From Faecousia sp. (lineage in GTDB: Bacteria; Bacillota; Clostridia; Oscillospirales; Oscillospiraceae): 64,000 bases of DNA. A program made the translations under genes and the position numbers. The stretch is taken from NCBI GenBank assembly GCA_045652545.1, contig JAZRUM010000080.1, positions 1,355 through 65,354 of the forward strand. The letters are read 5' to 3'. This document shows positions 1-11,257 of the stretch, one piece after another; position 1 is the stretch's first letter; each line of letters begins with the position of its first letter. Under the pieces are notes generated by a model. That model saw nothing but the letters and a program-made list of their open reading frames with translations, was not told the origin of the DNA and did not search any database.

Positions 1-1
1 G

Positions 2-742
2 CTCTTTAAAAAAGCCTTTGGACTGACATTTGACGCAGTTCCTGATTTGTCCCTGCCGGGAAAGCTTTGTTTTTCTGTGACATCCCGGGAGAAGATCTCC
101 GCAATCATGGGTGTCTACGGCTTTGATCCTGCAGATACCCTTTCGTTACATATAAACTTGCCGGTTGTGGAAAATGAATGCTGCAAGATGTCTTTTCTCA
201 AAGGCGCATTTTTGGCAGGTGGATCGGTAACAGATCCTGCAAAGAGCTATCATCTTGAATTGACAACTACGCACCATAGCGTTGCCAGAGAAGCCTATGC
301 CTTTATACATGAGGTGTTAGGCTTCTACCCTAAGGTAACACAGCGAAACGGTGCGCAGGTACTGTATTTGAAAAACAGTGAATTGATTTCCGATTTTCTT
401 ACATTTCTGGGTGCGCCTATCAGCGCAATGGGTATCATGGAAACCCGCTTGGAAAAAGATTTGAACAACAAGGTGAACCGTAGATGTAATTGCGATGAAG
501 CCAACACCTCGAAAGTGGTTGAGGCTGCGCAGGAACAGCTTGCAGCCATCCGCTTGTTGAATCAAAAAGGACTTTTATCAAGCCTTCCTCCAAAATATAA
601 GCAGGCAGCGGATGCCCGTCTTTCAAACCCGGAAGCATCTCTTACAGAATTGGCGGGCATGATGCAGCCGCCTATTACGAAGCCGGCAATGAATAATCGG
701 CTAAAAAAGCTGATGCAGTTGGCGAAGGAGAATCATCAATGA
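2..742 (+). CDS. whiA: DNA-binding protein WhiA (5'-truncated by window edge)
   Basis: Frame open from position 2; motifs FLKGAFLAGGSVTDP..YHLE, NKVNRRCNCDEAN, C-terminal HTH (NPEASLTELA..TKPAMNNRLKKL). Confidence 0.92.
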   Translation, partial: LFKKAFGLTFDAVPDLSLPGKLCFSVTSREKISAIMGVYGFDPADTLSLHINLPVVENECCKMSFLKGAFLAGGSVTDPAKSYHLELTTTHHSVAREAYAFIHEVLGFYPKVTQRNGAQVLYLKNSELISDFLTFLGAPISAMGIMETRLEKDLNNKVNRRCNCDEANTSKVVEAAQEQLAAIRLLNQKGLLSSLPPKYKQAADARLSNPEASLTELAGMMQPPITKPAMNNRLKKLMQLAKENHQ

Positions 743-3700
743 GTTTTGTACATTTGCATGTCCACTCAGAATTTAGTCTTTTGGACGGTGCATGCCGTAT
801 CAACGGCATGATGGATCGGGTAAAGGAACTGGGGCAAACGGCCATTGCCCTGACGGATCATGGCGTTATGTATGGCTGCATTGATTTCTATAAAGCCGCA
901 AAAGCAGCAGGTATTAAACCGATCATCGGTTGTGAGGTGTATGTGGCACGTCGTGGCATGGAGGATCGGGTCCACGGAATCGATAACGATTCCTACCACC
1001 TGGTTTTGCTATGCAAAGATCGGACAGGCTATGAAAATCTGTGCCTGCTGGTATCTGAGGCGTTTTTAAATGGCATGTACGGCAAACCCAGAGTGGATCT
1101 GGATCTGCTGCGCAAGCACCATGAAGGCTTGATCGCTCTGAGCGCCTGTCTTGCAGGTGCTGTTTCCCGTAAGCTTATGGACGAGGATTACGACGGGGCA
1201 AAAGAGTATGCTCTGCAAATGGCAGATATCTTCGGCGAAGGCAATTTCTATCTGGAACTGCAGGACCATGGGATTGACGAGCAGCGCTCTGTGAACCAGG
1301 GCATCATGCGTATTGCCCGGGAGACCGGACTGCCTTTGGTGGTGACAAATGATGCCCACTACTTGCGCAGGGAAGACGCTACCATGCAAGATGTTTTGCT
1401 CTGCATCCAAACAGGTAAGACGGTAGACGATCCGGACCGGATGAAATTCCAAACAGAAGAGTTCTATCTGAAGAGCGAGGAGGAGCTGCGCCAGCTGTTC
1501 CCCAACTGCGACGAAGCATTTGAAAATACTGCTCGCATCGCTGAGCGTTGCAATCTGGAGTTTGTATTCAACCAGTATCATCTTCCGTCTTTTCCCGTAC
1601 CGGAGGGTTATACCAATGAGGAATATTTCCGAAAATTGTGTATGGAAGGCTTTAAGGAGCGGTACGAAAATCCTCCCGAAAGCTATTTGGAACGGCTGGA
1701 GTATGAGATCGGTGTCATTAGCCGCATGGGCTATGTGAATTACTATCTGATCGTTTGGGATTTTATTCGCTACGCTAAGGAATCCGGTATACCTGTGGGA
1801 CCGGGACGTGGCTCTGGTGCAGCCTCTATTGTCGCCTACTGTATGCATATTACAGAGGTAGACCCTATGAAGTATGCGCTCATTTTTGAACGTTTTTTGA
1901 ACCCGGAACGTGTCAGCATGCCGGACTTTGATACGGATTTTTGCCAGGAACGTCGTGGCGAGGTCATTGACTACGTCATGGGTAAGTATGGCACAGATCA
2001 TGTTGCGCAGATCGCTACCTTCGGTACGATGGCTGCCCGCGGTGCCATTCGCGATGTGGGCAGAACCTTGAATTTCACCTATGCGGAAACCGATGTAGTT
2101 GCGAAACTGGTTCCGACCATGCCACTGCATATTACCTTGAAGGAAGCGCTGAACATTTCTCCCAAGCTGAAGGAAATGTATGACGGCGATGAGCGTGTAC
2201 GCTTGCTCATTGACACAGCTATGAGCCTTGAGGGTATGCCCAGAAATACCTCTACCCACGCTGCCGGTGTGGTGATCACGGCAGAACCGGTGTGTTCTTA
2301 TGTGCCGTTATCACGCAACTCAGACACAATCGTGACCCAGTATACCATGACGACCATCGAGGAACTGGGTTTGCTGAAGATGGATTTCCTGGGCCTTCGG
2401 AACTTGACCGTTATCCGGGATGCTGAGGAGCAGATCCGTCAGTTTGAGCCGGAGTTTTCCATAGACCGGATCCCGGACGATGATCCGGAAACCTTCAAAA
2501 TGCTTACCGAAGGCAAAACGCAGGGCGTTTTCCAGCTGGAATCTGCCGGTATGACCGGTGTTTGTGTGGGTATGAAGGCAAGCAGCATTGAGGATATTAC
2601 CGCAATCGTTGCATTGTACCGACCGGGTCCCATGGACTCCATTCCCACCTTTATCGAAAACAAGCTGAACCATAAAAAGGTAACCTATAAAACACCTCTT
2701 TTAGAGCCGATCTTAAAGGTCACCTATGGCTGCATCGTCTATCAGGAGCAGGTTATTGAGATATTCCGCCAGCTAGGCGGCTATACTATGGGTCAGGCTG
2801 ACAATATCCGTCGCGCTATATCCAAGAAGAAGCAAAAGGTCATCGAAGAGGAGCGGAAGGTCTTTGTTTACGGTGACGAAAAGCAGGGAATATCCGGTGC
2901 TGTTGCCAAGGGGATTCCCGAATCTGTGGCCCAATCGATCTACGATGAGATCGTTGCCTTTGCAAACTATGCATTTAACAAAGCGCATGCAGTGTGTTAT
3001 GCAGTGGTAGCGTATCAGACAGCGTATCTGAAGTGCCACTATCCTAAGCAGTACATGGCAGCGCTCATGACCTCTGTTCTGGATTCTGCCACGAAGATCT
3101 CCGGCTATATTGCCGAGTGTAAGGAACTGGGAATTCCTGTGCTGCCGCCGGATATTAACCACTCCTATGACACATTTACCGTGGAGGGGGATGCCATTCG
3201 CTTTGGACTTGGCGCGGTGAAAAATGTGGGCAGAGGTTTGATCCGCAGCATCGTTGCCAAGCGGGATCAAAACGGACCGTTTACCGGACTTGAAAATTTC
3301 ATACAGCGGATGGGCGAAAATGAGCTGAACAAGCGTGCTGTTGAGAATTTTATCAAATGTGGTGCTATGGATTGCTTTGGCTATCACCGCAGTGAGCTTT
3401 TGGCAGTTTACGATACCATGATGGACAGCATCGCAGAATCCCGAAAGAAAAATCTGGACGGTCAAATGGGTCTGTTCTCCATGCTGTCTTCAGAGGATCA
3501 AACCGTTTCTATCCCGATTCCCAAATTGCAGGAAATGAAGAAAGCAGACCTGATGCTTTTGGAAAAAGAAACAACAGGTATCTATCTGTCCGGGCATCCT
3601 ATGGATGATTACCGACATCTGCTGCGGAACACCCGGGTAGTACCCATTGCGCAGCTGATGGACAGCGAGAGCGGGTACGCAGACGACCAAATCGTCAGCG

Positions 3701-4185
3701 TTGCCGGCGTAATTCAAAGCACAAAGATGAAAACAACAAGAAATAACTCCATGATGGCATATGTAACCCTTGAGGATGATACTGCCGCAATGGAGATGCT
3801 CTGTTTTTCCAATGTTTTGAATCAGTATGGCGGTTACCTTCGGGAGAATGTACCGGTAGTGATTACCGGACGTCTTTCTTTCCGTGAGGATAAAGACCCC
3901 CAGATCGTTATCAATCGGGTCAGACCTATGACTGATTTTGCGCAGGAAGCCCAGCAACCGGAGGAACCGTCCCGGGAAAGGACCCTTTATTTAAAGCTAC
4001 CCACAGAACAAGGACCGTTATTTACTAAAGTTAAAGCGATCCTGAATATGTTCCCCGGTGAAATGCCTGTGGTCGTCTATTTTGCAGATACGAAGCTGCG
4101 CAGAGGCAGCCGATGCATGCCACAAGGATCAATGGTAGCGGAGCTTGAACGTCTGCTGGGGAAAGAAAATGTTGTTTTAAAATAG
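739..4185 (+). CDS. dnaE: DNA polymerase III alpha subunit (DnaE)
   Basis: HLHVHSEFSLLDG PHP start, GPGRGSGAAS, FERFLNPERVSMPDFDTDF, FANYAFNKAHA, OB fold. Confidence 0.98.
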   Translation: MSFVHLHVHSEFSLLDGACRINGMMDRVKELGQTAIALTDHGVMYGCIDFYKAAKAAGIKPIIGCEVYVARRGMEDRVHGIDNDSYHLVLLCKDRTGYENLCLLVSEAFLNGMYGKPRVDLDLLRKHHEGLIALSACLAGAVSRKLMDEDYDGAKEYALQMADIFGEGNFYLELQDHGIDEQRSVNQGIMRIARETGLPLVVTNDAHYLRREDATMQDVLLCIQTGKTVDDPDRMKFQTEEFYLKSEEELRQLFPNCDEAFENTARIAERCNLEFVFNQYHLPSFPVPEGYTNEEYFRKLCMEGFKERYENPPESYLERLEYEIGVISRMGYVNYYLIVWDFIRYAKESGIPVGPGRGSGAASIVAYCMHITEVDPMKYALIFERFLNPERVSMPDFDTDFCQERRGEVIDYVMGKYGTDHVAQIATFGTMAARGAIRDVGRTLNFTYAETDVVAKLVPTMPLHITLKEALNISPKLKEMYDGDERVRLLIDTAMSLEGMPRNTSTHAAGVVITAEPVCSYVPLSRNSDTIVTQYTMTTIEELGLLKMDFLGLRNLTVIRDAEEQIRQFEPEFSIDRIPDDDPETFKMLTEGKTQGVFQLESAGMTGVCVGMKASSIEDITAIVALYRPGPMDSIPTFIENKLNHKKVTYKTPLLEPILKVTYGCIVYQEQVIEIFRQLGGYTMGQADNIRRAISKKKQKVIEEERKVFVYGDEKQGISGAVAKGIPESVAQSIYDEIVAFANYAFNKAHAVCYAVVAYQTAYLKCHYPKQYMAALMTSVLDSATKISGYIAECKELGIPVLPPDINHSYDTFTVEGDAIRFGLGAVKNVGRGLIRSIVAKRDQNGPFTGLENFIQRMGENELNKRAVENFIKCGAMDCFGYHRSELLAVYDTMMDSIAESRKKNLDGQMGLFSMLSSEDQTVSIPIPKLQEMKKADLMLLEKETTGIYLSGHPMDDYRHLLRNTRVVPIAQLMDSESGYADDQIVSVAGVIQSTKMKTTRNNSMMAYVTLEDDTAAMEMLCFSNVLNQYGGYLRENVPVVITGRLSFREDKDPQIVINRVRPMTDFAQEAQQPEEPSRERTLYLKLPTEQGPLFTKVKAILNMFPGEMPVVVYFADTKLRRGSRCMPQGSMVAELERLLGKENVVLK

Positions 4186-4230
4186 CTTTTTTCACGCAAT
4201 TATGATATATTAACACGAAGAGGTGCTGCA

Positions 4231-5550
4231 ATGCGCTTAAAGATTCTGCTTTCCGTTCTGTGTGTGTGGATGCTGTTGTTAACAGGCTGCTCCATGACCA
4301 CAGTGGATGAAATGTATCAACTGCCCAAGCGTTCCCAGGACTATAATGATCTTCAATCTGCCATTGACAGCGCAATGGGAGATCTTTCCTACAGCGCACC
4401 GCTGACAGGTGAAAATCAGCAGAACGTGCAGATGGCTGATTTGGACGGTGATGGCAGTGATGAGTATTTGCTGTTTGCTAAGAGTACACAGGAAAAGCCA
4501 ATGCGAATCCTGGTATTTCAGGAAGTGGAAGGCACATTTGTTAACGTTGATACGGTAGAGTGCAACGGCTCTGCTTTTGACCAGGTGGAATATGTAGATA
4601 TGGACGGACACGGCGGTGTTGAGGTGATCGCAGGTCGCCAGTTAAGCGACCAGGTTATCCGTGCTGCATCGGTTTACACCTTCATAGACGGCGGCTTGGT
4701 CCAGTTGGCCACTGTGAATTATACAAAATTCCTTACCACGGATCTGAACAGTGACGGTGTATCAGAATTATTTTTGTTGCGACCCGGCACCGCCGAAACA
4801 GACAACGGTGTTGCAGAGCTCTACAGTATGCACAACGGCACTGTTGAGCGATATAACGAAGTGGGAATGTCTCAACCTGCGGATAAGCTGAAACGTATCA
4901 TCGTGGGCAAGCTGGATGGGGGAAAGACGGCGGTATATATCGCCAGCTCCATAGCAGACACCGCATTGATTACCGATGTGTATACATTGTCAGATCAAAA
5001 ATTGGTAAATGTAACACTCTCCAACGAATCCGGAACAAGTGTGCAGACTATGCGTAATTTCTACATTTATGCTGACGATATCGACAAGGACGGTGTCGTA
5101 GAATTGCCTTCGCTGATTACCATGCATCCCTTGCCGGGGATGATCAGTGCGGACATGCACCACTTGATCCGATGGTATGCCATGACGCCCGGCGGTGATG
5201 AGGTGGATAAAATGTGCACCTATCACAATTTTGTGGGTGGATGGTATTTACAGGTAAGCAGTCAGTTGGCGCAGCGGTTGGTAGTGCTGCATCAAGGTTA
5301 CCAAACTGAGTTTTATATTTGGAACGAAAAATTTACGGAAACCGAGAAGCTGATGACCATATACGCATTTACCGGTCAGAATCGGGAGGAGCAAGGTTTA
5401 TCGGATGGCAGATTCATTCTGCAGAAAACCGATTCGGTGGTTTATGCAGCATCTATGGAAGAGGCAGCCCAGCGTTACGACTTGACCCAGGATAATGTGG
5501 TCTATTGCTTCCGCTTGATCCAGCAGAACTGGAAAACGGGTGAAACATAA
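4231..5550 (+). CDS. Lipoprotein with repeated DxDGDG (FG-GAP/VCBS-like) motifs
   Basis: Lipobox LLTGC; DLDGDGSDE, DMDGHGGVE, DLNSDGVSE, DIDKDGVVE. Confidence 0.75.
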   Translation: MRLKILLSVLCVWMLLLTGCSMTTVDEMYQLPKRSQDYNDLQSAIDSAMGDLSYSAPLTGENQQNVQMADLDGDGSDEYLLFAKSTQEKPMRILVFQEVEGTFVNVDTVECNGSAFDQVEYVDMDGHGGVEVIAGRQLSDQVIRAASVYTFIDGGLVQLATVNYTKFLTTDLNSDGVSELFLLRPGTAETDNGVAELYSMHNGTVERYNEVGMSQPADKLKRIIVGKLDGGKTAVYIASSIADTALITDVYTLSDQKLVNVTLSNESGTSVQTMRNFYIYADDIDKDGVVELPSLITMHPLPGMISADMHHLIRWYAMTPGGDEVDKMCTYHNFVGGWYLQVSSQLAQRLVVLHQGYQTEFYIWNEKFTETEKLMTIYAFTGQNREEQGLSDGRFILQKTDSVVYAASMEEAAQRYDLTQDNVVYCFRLIQQNWKTGET

Positions 5551-5560
5551 GAGGTATGAT

Positions 5561-6247
5561 ATGAAAAAAGTACTGATTTTAGAAGATGAGGTCAATATCC
5601 GCAGCTTTGTTGTGATCAATCTGAAGCGGGCGGGATATGACGCAATTGAAGCCGGAACCGGCCAGGAAGCGTTGGATAAGCTTCGTGAGAATCCGGATAT
5701 CGGTGTTGCAATTTTGGACATTATGCTTCCGGATATTGACGGTTTTGAGGTTTGTCGCCGGATTCGTGCCACCAACAAACAGATTGGCATTATTATGCTC
5801 ACTGCCCGCACACAGGAAATGGATAAGATCACCGGCCTTATGACCGGTGCAGACGACTACGTTACAAAACCCTTTTCTCCTGCGGAGTTGACAGCACGTA
5901 TTGACGCACTTTATCGTCGTATGGGTAGCGATAGCGGTATCGACAGTGAATTGCTGTCACAAGGTCCTTTCGTTATGAATACTCGCAACCATACTCTGGA
6001 AAAATCCGGAAACCGTGTACGGTTGACGCAAGTGGAATATTCCATTTTAAAGCTGTTTATGCAGAATCCCGGACGGGCGCTGTCTCGTGAGGAGATCCTA
6101 TCTGCGGTTTGGGGTCGGGATTACGAGGGCGAGCTGAAAATTGTGGATGTGAACATCCGTCGCCTTCGGATTAAAATTGAGGATGATACTACCAATCCCA
6201 CGTATATTACCACCGTATGGGGCTTTGGCTATAAATGGGGCGCATAA
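5561..6247 (+). CDS. OmpR/PhoB-family response regulator
   Basis: ILEDE, LDIMLP, GADDYVTKPF, winged helix VDVNIRRLRIKIE..TVWGFGY; ATG after GAGGT RBS. Confidence 0.95.
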   Translation: MKKVLILEDEVNIRSFVVINLKRAGYDAIEAGTGQEALDKLRENPDIGVAILDIMLPDIDGFEVCRRIRATNKQIGIIMLTARTQEMDKITGLMTGADDYVTKPFSPAELTARIDALYRRMGSDSGIDSELLSQGPFVMNTRNHTLEKSGNRVRLTQVEYSILKLFMQNPGRALSREEILSAVWGRDYEGELKIVDVNIRRLRIKIEDDTTNPTYITTVWGFGYKWGA

Positions 6248-7671
6248 TGAAAAAAGCACCGATATTCCGCATAAAAGGTCTGCGTAGACGTTGGCTTATC
6301 AACACAGTTGGTATTTTCAGCGCCTTGGGATTGGTGTGCGTGCTGATAATTTCGGCAGTGTTTTCGGCATATTACTATTCTGCAATGGAATCGGATATGC
6401 GTTACCGGGCACGAACCACAACAGAATTTTTTGCCGATTACATCAATCAAAGCTATAATCAATACTATCAATCCTGTATCACCTATGCCCAGACCTTTGA
6501 GGATAAGGATGATATTGAGCTGCAATTTATCAATGCCCAGGGAAAAATCGTAGCATCTTCTCACGGTAGCTGGTCCGGACCGTCGGCAACTACCAGTGAT
6601 ATCAGCAATGCCATCGCAAATCGGCTGATCGATAAATACATCGGTCCGAACCCCGGAACGGGAGAACGGATCATGGCAGTATCCAGCCCTATGGTATACA
6701 GCAATGGCGAAGTGATCGGTGTTCTGCGCTACGTCAGCTCCACTGTGAGAATGGATCGGCAGATCGCCCGAATTGCGGGAATCTCTTTTCTGGCGCTGCT
6801 TGTGGTGCTGACGGTAGTTTTGATCAGCAGCAATTACTATATCCGTTCTATCTTGCACCCACTGGGCGATATTATTGAAATCGCGCAAAGAATCACCAAT
6901 GGCAGTTATGGCATCCAGATTCAGACGAAATACGACGACGAGATCGGTCAGCTGGCAGATACCATCAACGAAATGTCCATTAAAATTAACCAAAATGAAA
7001 AAATGCAGACAGAATTTATTTCCTCTCTGTCCCATGAGCTGCGTACACCCCTGACCGCCATTACCGGTTGGAGCGAAACGTTGCTCAACAGTGACGATTT
7101 GACCCCGGATACCCGTCGGGGCATGAAAATCATACACAGGGAAGCAGGCAGACTAACGGAGATGGTGCTGGACCTTCTGGATTTCACAAGGATTCAGGAT
7201 GGCAGAATGACGCTGAATATGGAATTGACAGATATCCGTGCAGAATTTGAAGATACCATTTTTATGTACGGAAATCGCCTTTCTCAGGATGGTATCACTT
7301 TGGATTATCTTGAAAATGACGATGATATTCCGGAAATGTCCTGCGATCCCAAGCGCCTGCGTCAAGTGTTCCTAAACATTTTGGATAACGCGGCAAAGCA
7401 CGGCTCTGACGGCAAGCGGATCGAGGCATCCATTGAAGGAAAGAAAAATGCTGTGCTGATACAGATACGGGATTACGGCCCCGGTATTCCGGAGGACGAA
7501 CTGCCTCTTGTGAAGAGAAAATTCTACAAAGGAAGCTCGAAGGCCCGAGGATCCGGCATTGGCTTGGCTGTTTGCGATGAGATCGTGCAGCTTCATGGCG
7601 GAAGCTTGACGCTGAACAATGCGCCGGATGGCGGAACATTGGTTTGTGTGGAGCTTCCTATTTCCCAGTAA
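6247..7671 (+). CDS. Sensor histidine kinase (2 TM, HAMP, HisKA, HATPase)
   Basis: SHELRTPLT H-box, NILDNAAKH N-box, DYGPGI, GSGIGL; TAATG overlap with regulator. Confidence 0.95.
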   Translation: MKKAPIFRIKGLRRRWLINTVGIFSALGLVCVLIISAVFSAYYYSAMESDMRYRARTTTEFFADYINQSYNQYYQSCITYAQTFEDKDDIELQFINAQGKIVASSHGSWSGPSATTSDISNAIANRLIDKYIGPNPGTGERIMAVSSPMVYSNGEVIGVLRYVSSTVRMDRQIARIAGISFLALLVVLTVVLISSNYYIRSILHPLGDIIEIAQRITNGSYGIQIQTKYDDEIGQLADTINEMSIKINQNEKMQTEFISSLSHELRTPLTAITGWSETLLNSDDLTPDTRRGMKIIHREAGRLTEMVLDLLDFTRIQDGRMTLNMELTDIRAEFEDTIFMYGNRLSQDGITLDYLENDDDIPEMSCDPKRLRQVFLNILDNAAKHGSDGKRIEASIEGKKNAVLIQIRDYGPGIPEDELPLVKRKFYKGSSKARGSGIGLAVCDEIVQLHGGSLTLNNAPDGGTLVCVELPISQ

Positions 7672-7682
7672 GGATGAAAACG

Positions 7683-8669
7683 ATGTTTCAAAGTCAAGAA
7701 AAATTTAAAACCATGATTGGCGGACAAGCGCTGATCGAAGGTATCATGATGCGTGGACCAAAGCTGGATGCTATCGTTGTTCGCAACAAAGAAGGGATCC
7801 ATGTTGAAACAAAACCACGGAAGGTTCGCGCAAAAAAATCCGTATTTTCTTTGCCTGTTTTTCGGGGTGCTGCCAATTTTCTGGATGCCCAGATCTGTGG
7901 CGTAAAAGCACTGATGCAGTCTGCAGATTTGTCACCGGAGGAGACGCAGGAAAATTCCTCCAAGTTTGATCTGTGGTTAGAGAGCAAATTGGGCGAAAAA
8001 AGATTTAAGGATTTTGTGGTAGGCACAGCGGTTACCATGGGAATGGGAATGATGATCCTGCTGTTTTTCCTGCTTCCTAATTTTATCAGTACGTTATTTG
8101 ACGGTTGGGTAGCAAGTAATTTGGCACGAAACCTCATTGAGGGAGCTGTGCGAATCACCATTTTTCTTGTGTATATGCTTTTGGTGTCCCGAATGGAGGA
8201 GATCAAACGGGTGTTTGCCTATCACGGTGCAGAGCATAAAACCATTCGCTGCTATGAAGCGGGACTTCCCTTGACGGTTGAAAACGTCCGAGTGCAGACC
8301 CGTAAGCACCCCCGGTGCGGTACCAGCTTTCTGTTTGTTGTGTTGATTTTGTCCATTTTGGTCTTTTCTGCGGCATCGTCTGTACTGTTGTCTATCGTCC
8401 CCACGCTGGAAACCATGCGGGGCAGCTTGCCGTACAGCCTGATTATGTTTGGATTCAAATTGTTGCTGCTGCCCCTTGTGGTGGGCATCAGCTACGAGGT
8501 CAACCGCCTTGTAGGCAGATATGATAACTGGTTTACCGGATTGTTAACTACACCGGGCATGTGGTTTCAGAATTTTACAACAAACGAACCGGACGATGAG
8601 ATGATTGCCGTTGGAATTGAAGCGCTGAAGGCGGTGCTTCCCGAAAATGAGGGGGAAGACCGGTGGTAA
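7683..8669 (+). CDS. DUF1385 (YqhQ-like) membrane protein
   Basis: GGQALIEGIMMRG, YHGAEHKTI, HPRCGTSF, TTNEPDD; precedes prmC. Confidence 0.9.
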   Translation: MFQSQEKFKTMIGGQALIEGIMMRGPKLDAIVVRNKEGIHVETKPRKVRAKKSVFSLPVFRGAANFLDAQICGVKALMQSADLSPEETQENSSKFDLWLESKLGEKRFKDFVVGTAVTMGMGMMILLFFLLPNFISTLFDGWVASNLARNLIEGAVRITIFLVYMLLVSRMEEIKRVFAYHGAEHKTIRCYEAGLPLTVENVRVQTRKHPRCGTSFLFVVLILSILVFSAASSVLLSIVPTLETMRGSLPYSLIMFGFKLLLLPLVVGISYEVNRLVGRYDNWFTGLLTTPGMWFQNFTTNEPDDEMIAVGIEALKAVLPENEGEDRW

Positions 8670-9538
8670 AGAAGCTTTCAGAATTATACTTAGAAGCGCG
8701 GAAAGCCTTTTGCCAGGTTGAGGACAAAGATACTGCAAGCCTGTTGGCGCGAAATCTTCTGTGCTATGCAACCGGAAAGAGCCAACAGCAGTTGATCGCA
8801 GATATGGAGCACTATGCTTCTGAAGTGGTCTGCAGTCAAATGGAGCGCGCTGTAGAAAGAATTTTAGCAGGTGAGCCACTGGCATACGTCTTGGGCGAAT
8901 GGGACTTCTTCGGTATGACATTGTTAGTAAACAAGAATGTTCTGATTCCTCGGGACGATACGTGCGCCGTCACAGAGCTGGCAATCAACAAAGCCCTTTC
9001 CCTAGATCCTGCATCCAGAATTCTTGATCTTTGCACCGGTTCCGGATGCATTGGTTTAGCCATTGCCCACCGGGTCAAGGATGCCCGTGTTACCTTAGCG
9101 GACATCTCCAAGGACGCAATCTCGGTGGCGAAAAAGAATATATCCGCCCAGAAGCTCTTAGGACGTGTTTCCTGTGTCAGCGCCGATGCGCTGGATGAAC
9201 CGGCACAGTTATTAGGAAAGTTTGATCTGATCGTTTCCAACCCTCCTTATATCACCACACAGGAAATGACAGAACTTCCTGCAAGCGTCAAGGACTATGA
9301 ACCGCATTTGGCACTGCATGGCGGAGAGGACGGATTGATCTTCTATCGATCCATCGCAGAAAAGTATCAAAAAGCATTAAAACCCGGCGGCTACCTCTGC
9401 TTTGAATTTGGTATGGGACAGGGGGATGCGGTTTGCCGGATTTTGGAAGAAAACGGGTATACCATACTGGAGCGTTCCAGAGATTATAATGACAGAGAAC
9501 GGGCAGTGCTTGCCCAACTAGCAAGGAAGGATGTTTAA
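8663..9538 (+). CDS. prmC: Release factor glutamine methyltransferase PrmC/HemK
   Basis: [31 protein letters not shown]. Confidence 0.95.
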   Translation: MVKKLSELYLEARKAFCQVEDKDTASLLARNLLCYATGKSQQQLIADMEHYASEVVCSQMERAVERILAGEPLAYVLGEWDFFGMTLLVNKNVLIPRDDTCAVTELAINKALSLDPASRILDLCTGSGCIGLAIAHRVKDARVTLADISKDAISVAKKNISAQKLLGRVSCVSADALDEPAQLLGKFDLIVSNPPYITTQEMTELPASVKDYEPHLALHGGEDGLIFYRSIAEKYQKALKPGGYLCFEFGMGQGDAVCRILEENGYTILERSRDYNDRERAVLAQLARKDV

Positions 9539-9539
9539 T

Positions 9540-10640
9540 ATGGCTATAAAGAAAACAATGTATGATGCGCCCACCCCTGCAACTGACAAGAAAAAGGCAC
9601 TGCAAACCGCCTTGTCTCAGATCGAGAAGAATTTCGGAAAAGGCACTGTTATGCGCTTGGGCGATCGCCCGGAGATGAACGTGGATGCAATTCCCACCGG
9701 TTCTTTGGCGCTGGATGCAGCACTGGGTATTGGCGGCGTCCCTAAAGGTCGTATTATTGAGATCTACGGACCGGAATCCTCCGGTAAGACCACCCTGGCA
9801 CTGCACATTCTGGCAGAGGCACAGAAGATGGGCGGTGAGGTGGCATTTGTGGATGCTGAGCATGCCCTTGATCCCGTCTACGCAGCTTCTTTAGGTGTAG
9901 ATACCGACAATATGCTTGTGTCCCAGCCGGACACCGGCGAGCAGGCGCTGGAGATTACCGACGCGTTGGTTCGCTCCGGTGCAGTGGATGCCATTGTTGT
10001 GGACTCTGTTGCCGCATTGGTTCCCAAGCAGGAGATCGAGGGCGAGATGGGTGATACCTTTGTGGGCTTGCAGGCAAGACTGATGTCCCAGGCACTGCGT
10101 AAGCTGGCGGGTACCATTTCCAAGACTAACTGTGTTGTGATTTTCATCAATCAGCTGCGTATGAAGATTGGCGTTATGTACGGCAATCCGGAAACCACCA
10201 CCGGCGGCAATGCGCTGAAATTCTATTCTTCTGTGCGTCTGGATGTGCGTAGGGTAGAGGCGATCAAAGATGGCGGCAATGTGGTTGGCAACAAGACCCG
10301 TGTCAAGGTTGTGAAAAACAAGGTCGCGCCTCCTTTCCGTGAGGCTTACTTTGGTATTATGTACGGTCAGGGCATCAGCAAATGGGGCGAATTGGTAGAC
10401 CTGGCAGTGCAGATGGAGATCATTCAGAAGAGCGGCAGCTGGTTCTCTATGGGCGATGAAAGAATCGGCCAGGGCAAGGACAGCGTAAAGGCATTCCTGC
10501 AAGCAAATCCCGACATTGCAGAGCAGGTGGAAGCACAGGTTCGTGCCAATCTGATTCAGGGTGCTGCATCCCGGGAGCCTGCCAAAGCCGCAGAACGTCC
10601 CATTGCAGTAAGTGCTGACGATTTCAATGATGAGGATTGA
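9540..10640 (+). CDS. recA: Recombinase RecA
   Basis: [43 protein letters not shown]. Confidence 0.99.
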   Translation: MAIKKTMYDAPTPATDKKKALQTALSQIEKNFGKGTVMRLGDRPEMNVDAIPTGSLALDAALGIGGVPKGRIIEIYGPESSGKTTLALHILAEAQKMGGEVAFVDAEHALDPVYAASLGVDTDNMLVSQPDTGEQALEITDALVRSGAVDAIVVDSVAALVPKQEIEGEMGDTFVGLQARLMSQALRKLAGTISKTNCVVIFINQLRMKIGVMYGNPETTTGGNALKFYSSVRLDVRRVEAIKDGGNVVGNKTRVKVVKNKVAPPFREAYFGIMYGQGISKWGELVDLAVQMEIIQKSGSWFSMGDERIGQGKDSVKAFLQANPDIAEQVEAQVRANLIQGAASREPAKAAERPIAVSADDFNDED

Positions 10641-11256
10641 TTCTGTTGCCTCCCAGCCGGACAGGGCAGCCAGGCACACGGTGCGCTTTTCAGACGGAAC
10701 GGCTTTGCGCCTGTACCGGCAGACGGTAGAGGACTTCGGTCTTTATCCCGGCATGGAAATGACAGCAGAAACCTTCCAAAAGCTGCAGGAAGCTGCAGGA
10801 GCAATGTCTGCCAAAATGCGGGCAGTGCGGATCGTTGCTGCAACCAGCGTGTCTAAAAAAGATTTACGGCAACGTCTTATCAGCAAGGGGGAAACACCTG
10901 AGGATGCAGCCAATGCTGTGCAATGGATGGCGGATTTGCAGCTGGTGGATGACCGGGAAACTGCCCGGCAGGTGGTAAGCCGGTGCATCAGCAAAGGCTA
11001 TGGCATTTCCAGAGCAAAACAGGCACTGTATGAAAAGCGGATTCCTAAAGCCTATTGGGAGGAAGTGCTGGAAGATTATCCGGACCAGGCGGATGCAATC
11101 CTTGCGTTCTTAAAGGACCGGTTAAGCAAAAATGCCGATGAACGCAGCGTTAGACGGGCGGTGGACGCCCTGTTGCGTCGAGGGCATAGCTACTGCCAGA
11201 TTCGACGGGGTCTGGAGATGCTTTCATTGGAAACTGACGAATTCCCGGAGGAATAA
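10630..11256 (+). CDS. recX: Regulatory protein RecX
   Basis: Overlaps recA end; [29 protein letters not shown] repeats. Confidence 0.88.
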   Translation: MRIDSVASQPDRAARHTVRFSDGTALRLYRQTVEDFGLYPGMEMTAETFQKLQEAAGAMSAKMRAVRIVAATSVSKKDLRQRLISKGETPEDAANAVQWMADLQLVDDRETARQVVSRCISKGYGISRAKQALYEKRIPKAYWEEVLEDYPDQADAILAFLKDRLSKNADERSVRRAVDALLRRGHSYCQIRRGLEMLSLETDEFPEE

Positions 11257-11257
11257 A

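Noticed and set aside
1066-2259. 397-aa ORF antisense to dnaE
   Set aside because: Shadow ORF from codon bias of a well-supported gene; no recognisable motifs.
739-4185. Intein or intron in dnaE (and in recA)
   Set aside because: Lengths are normal and motifs are contiguous.
8663-9538. NPPY methyltransferase as a restriction-modification DNA methylase
   Set aside because: Full PrmC signature and DUF1385 synteny.
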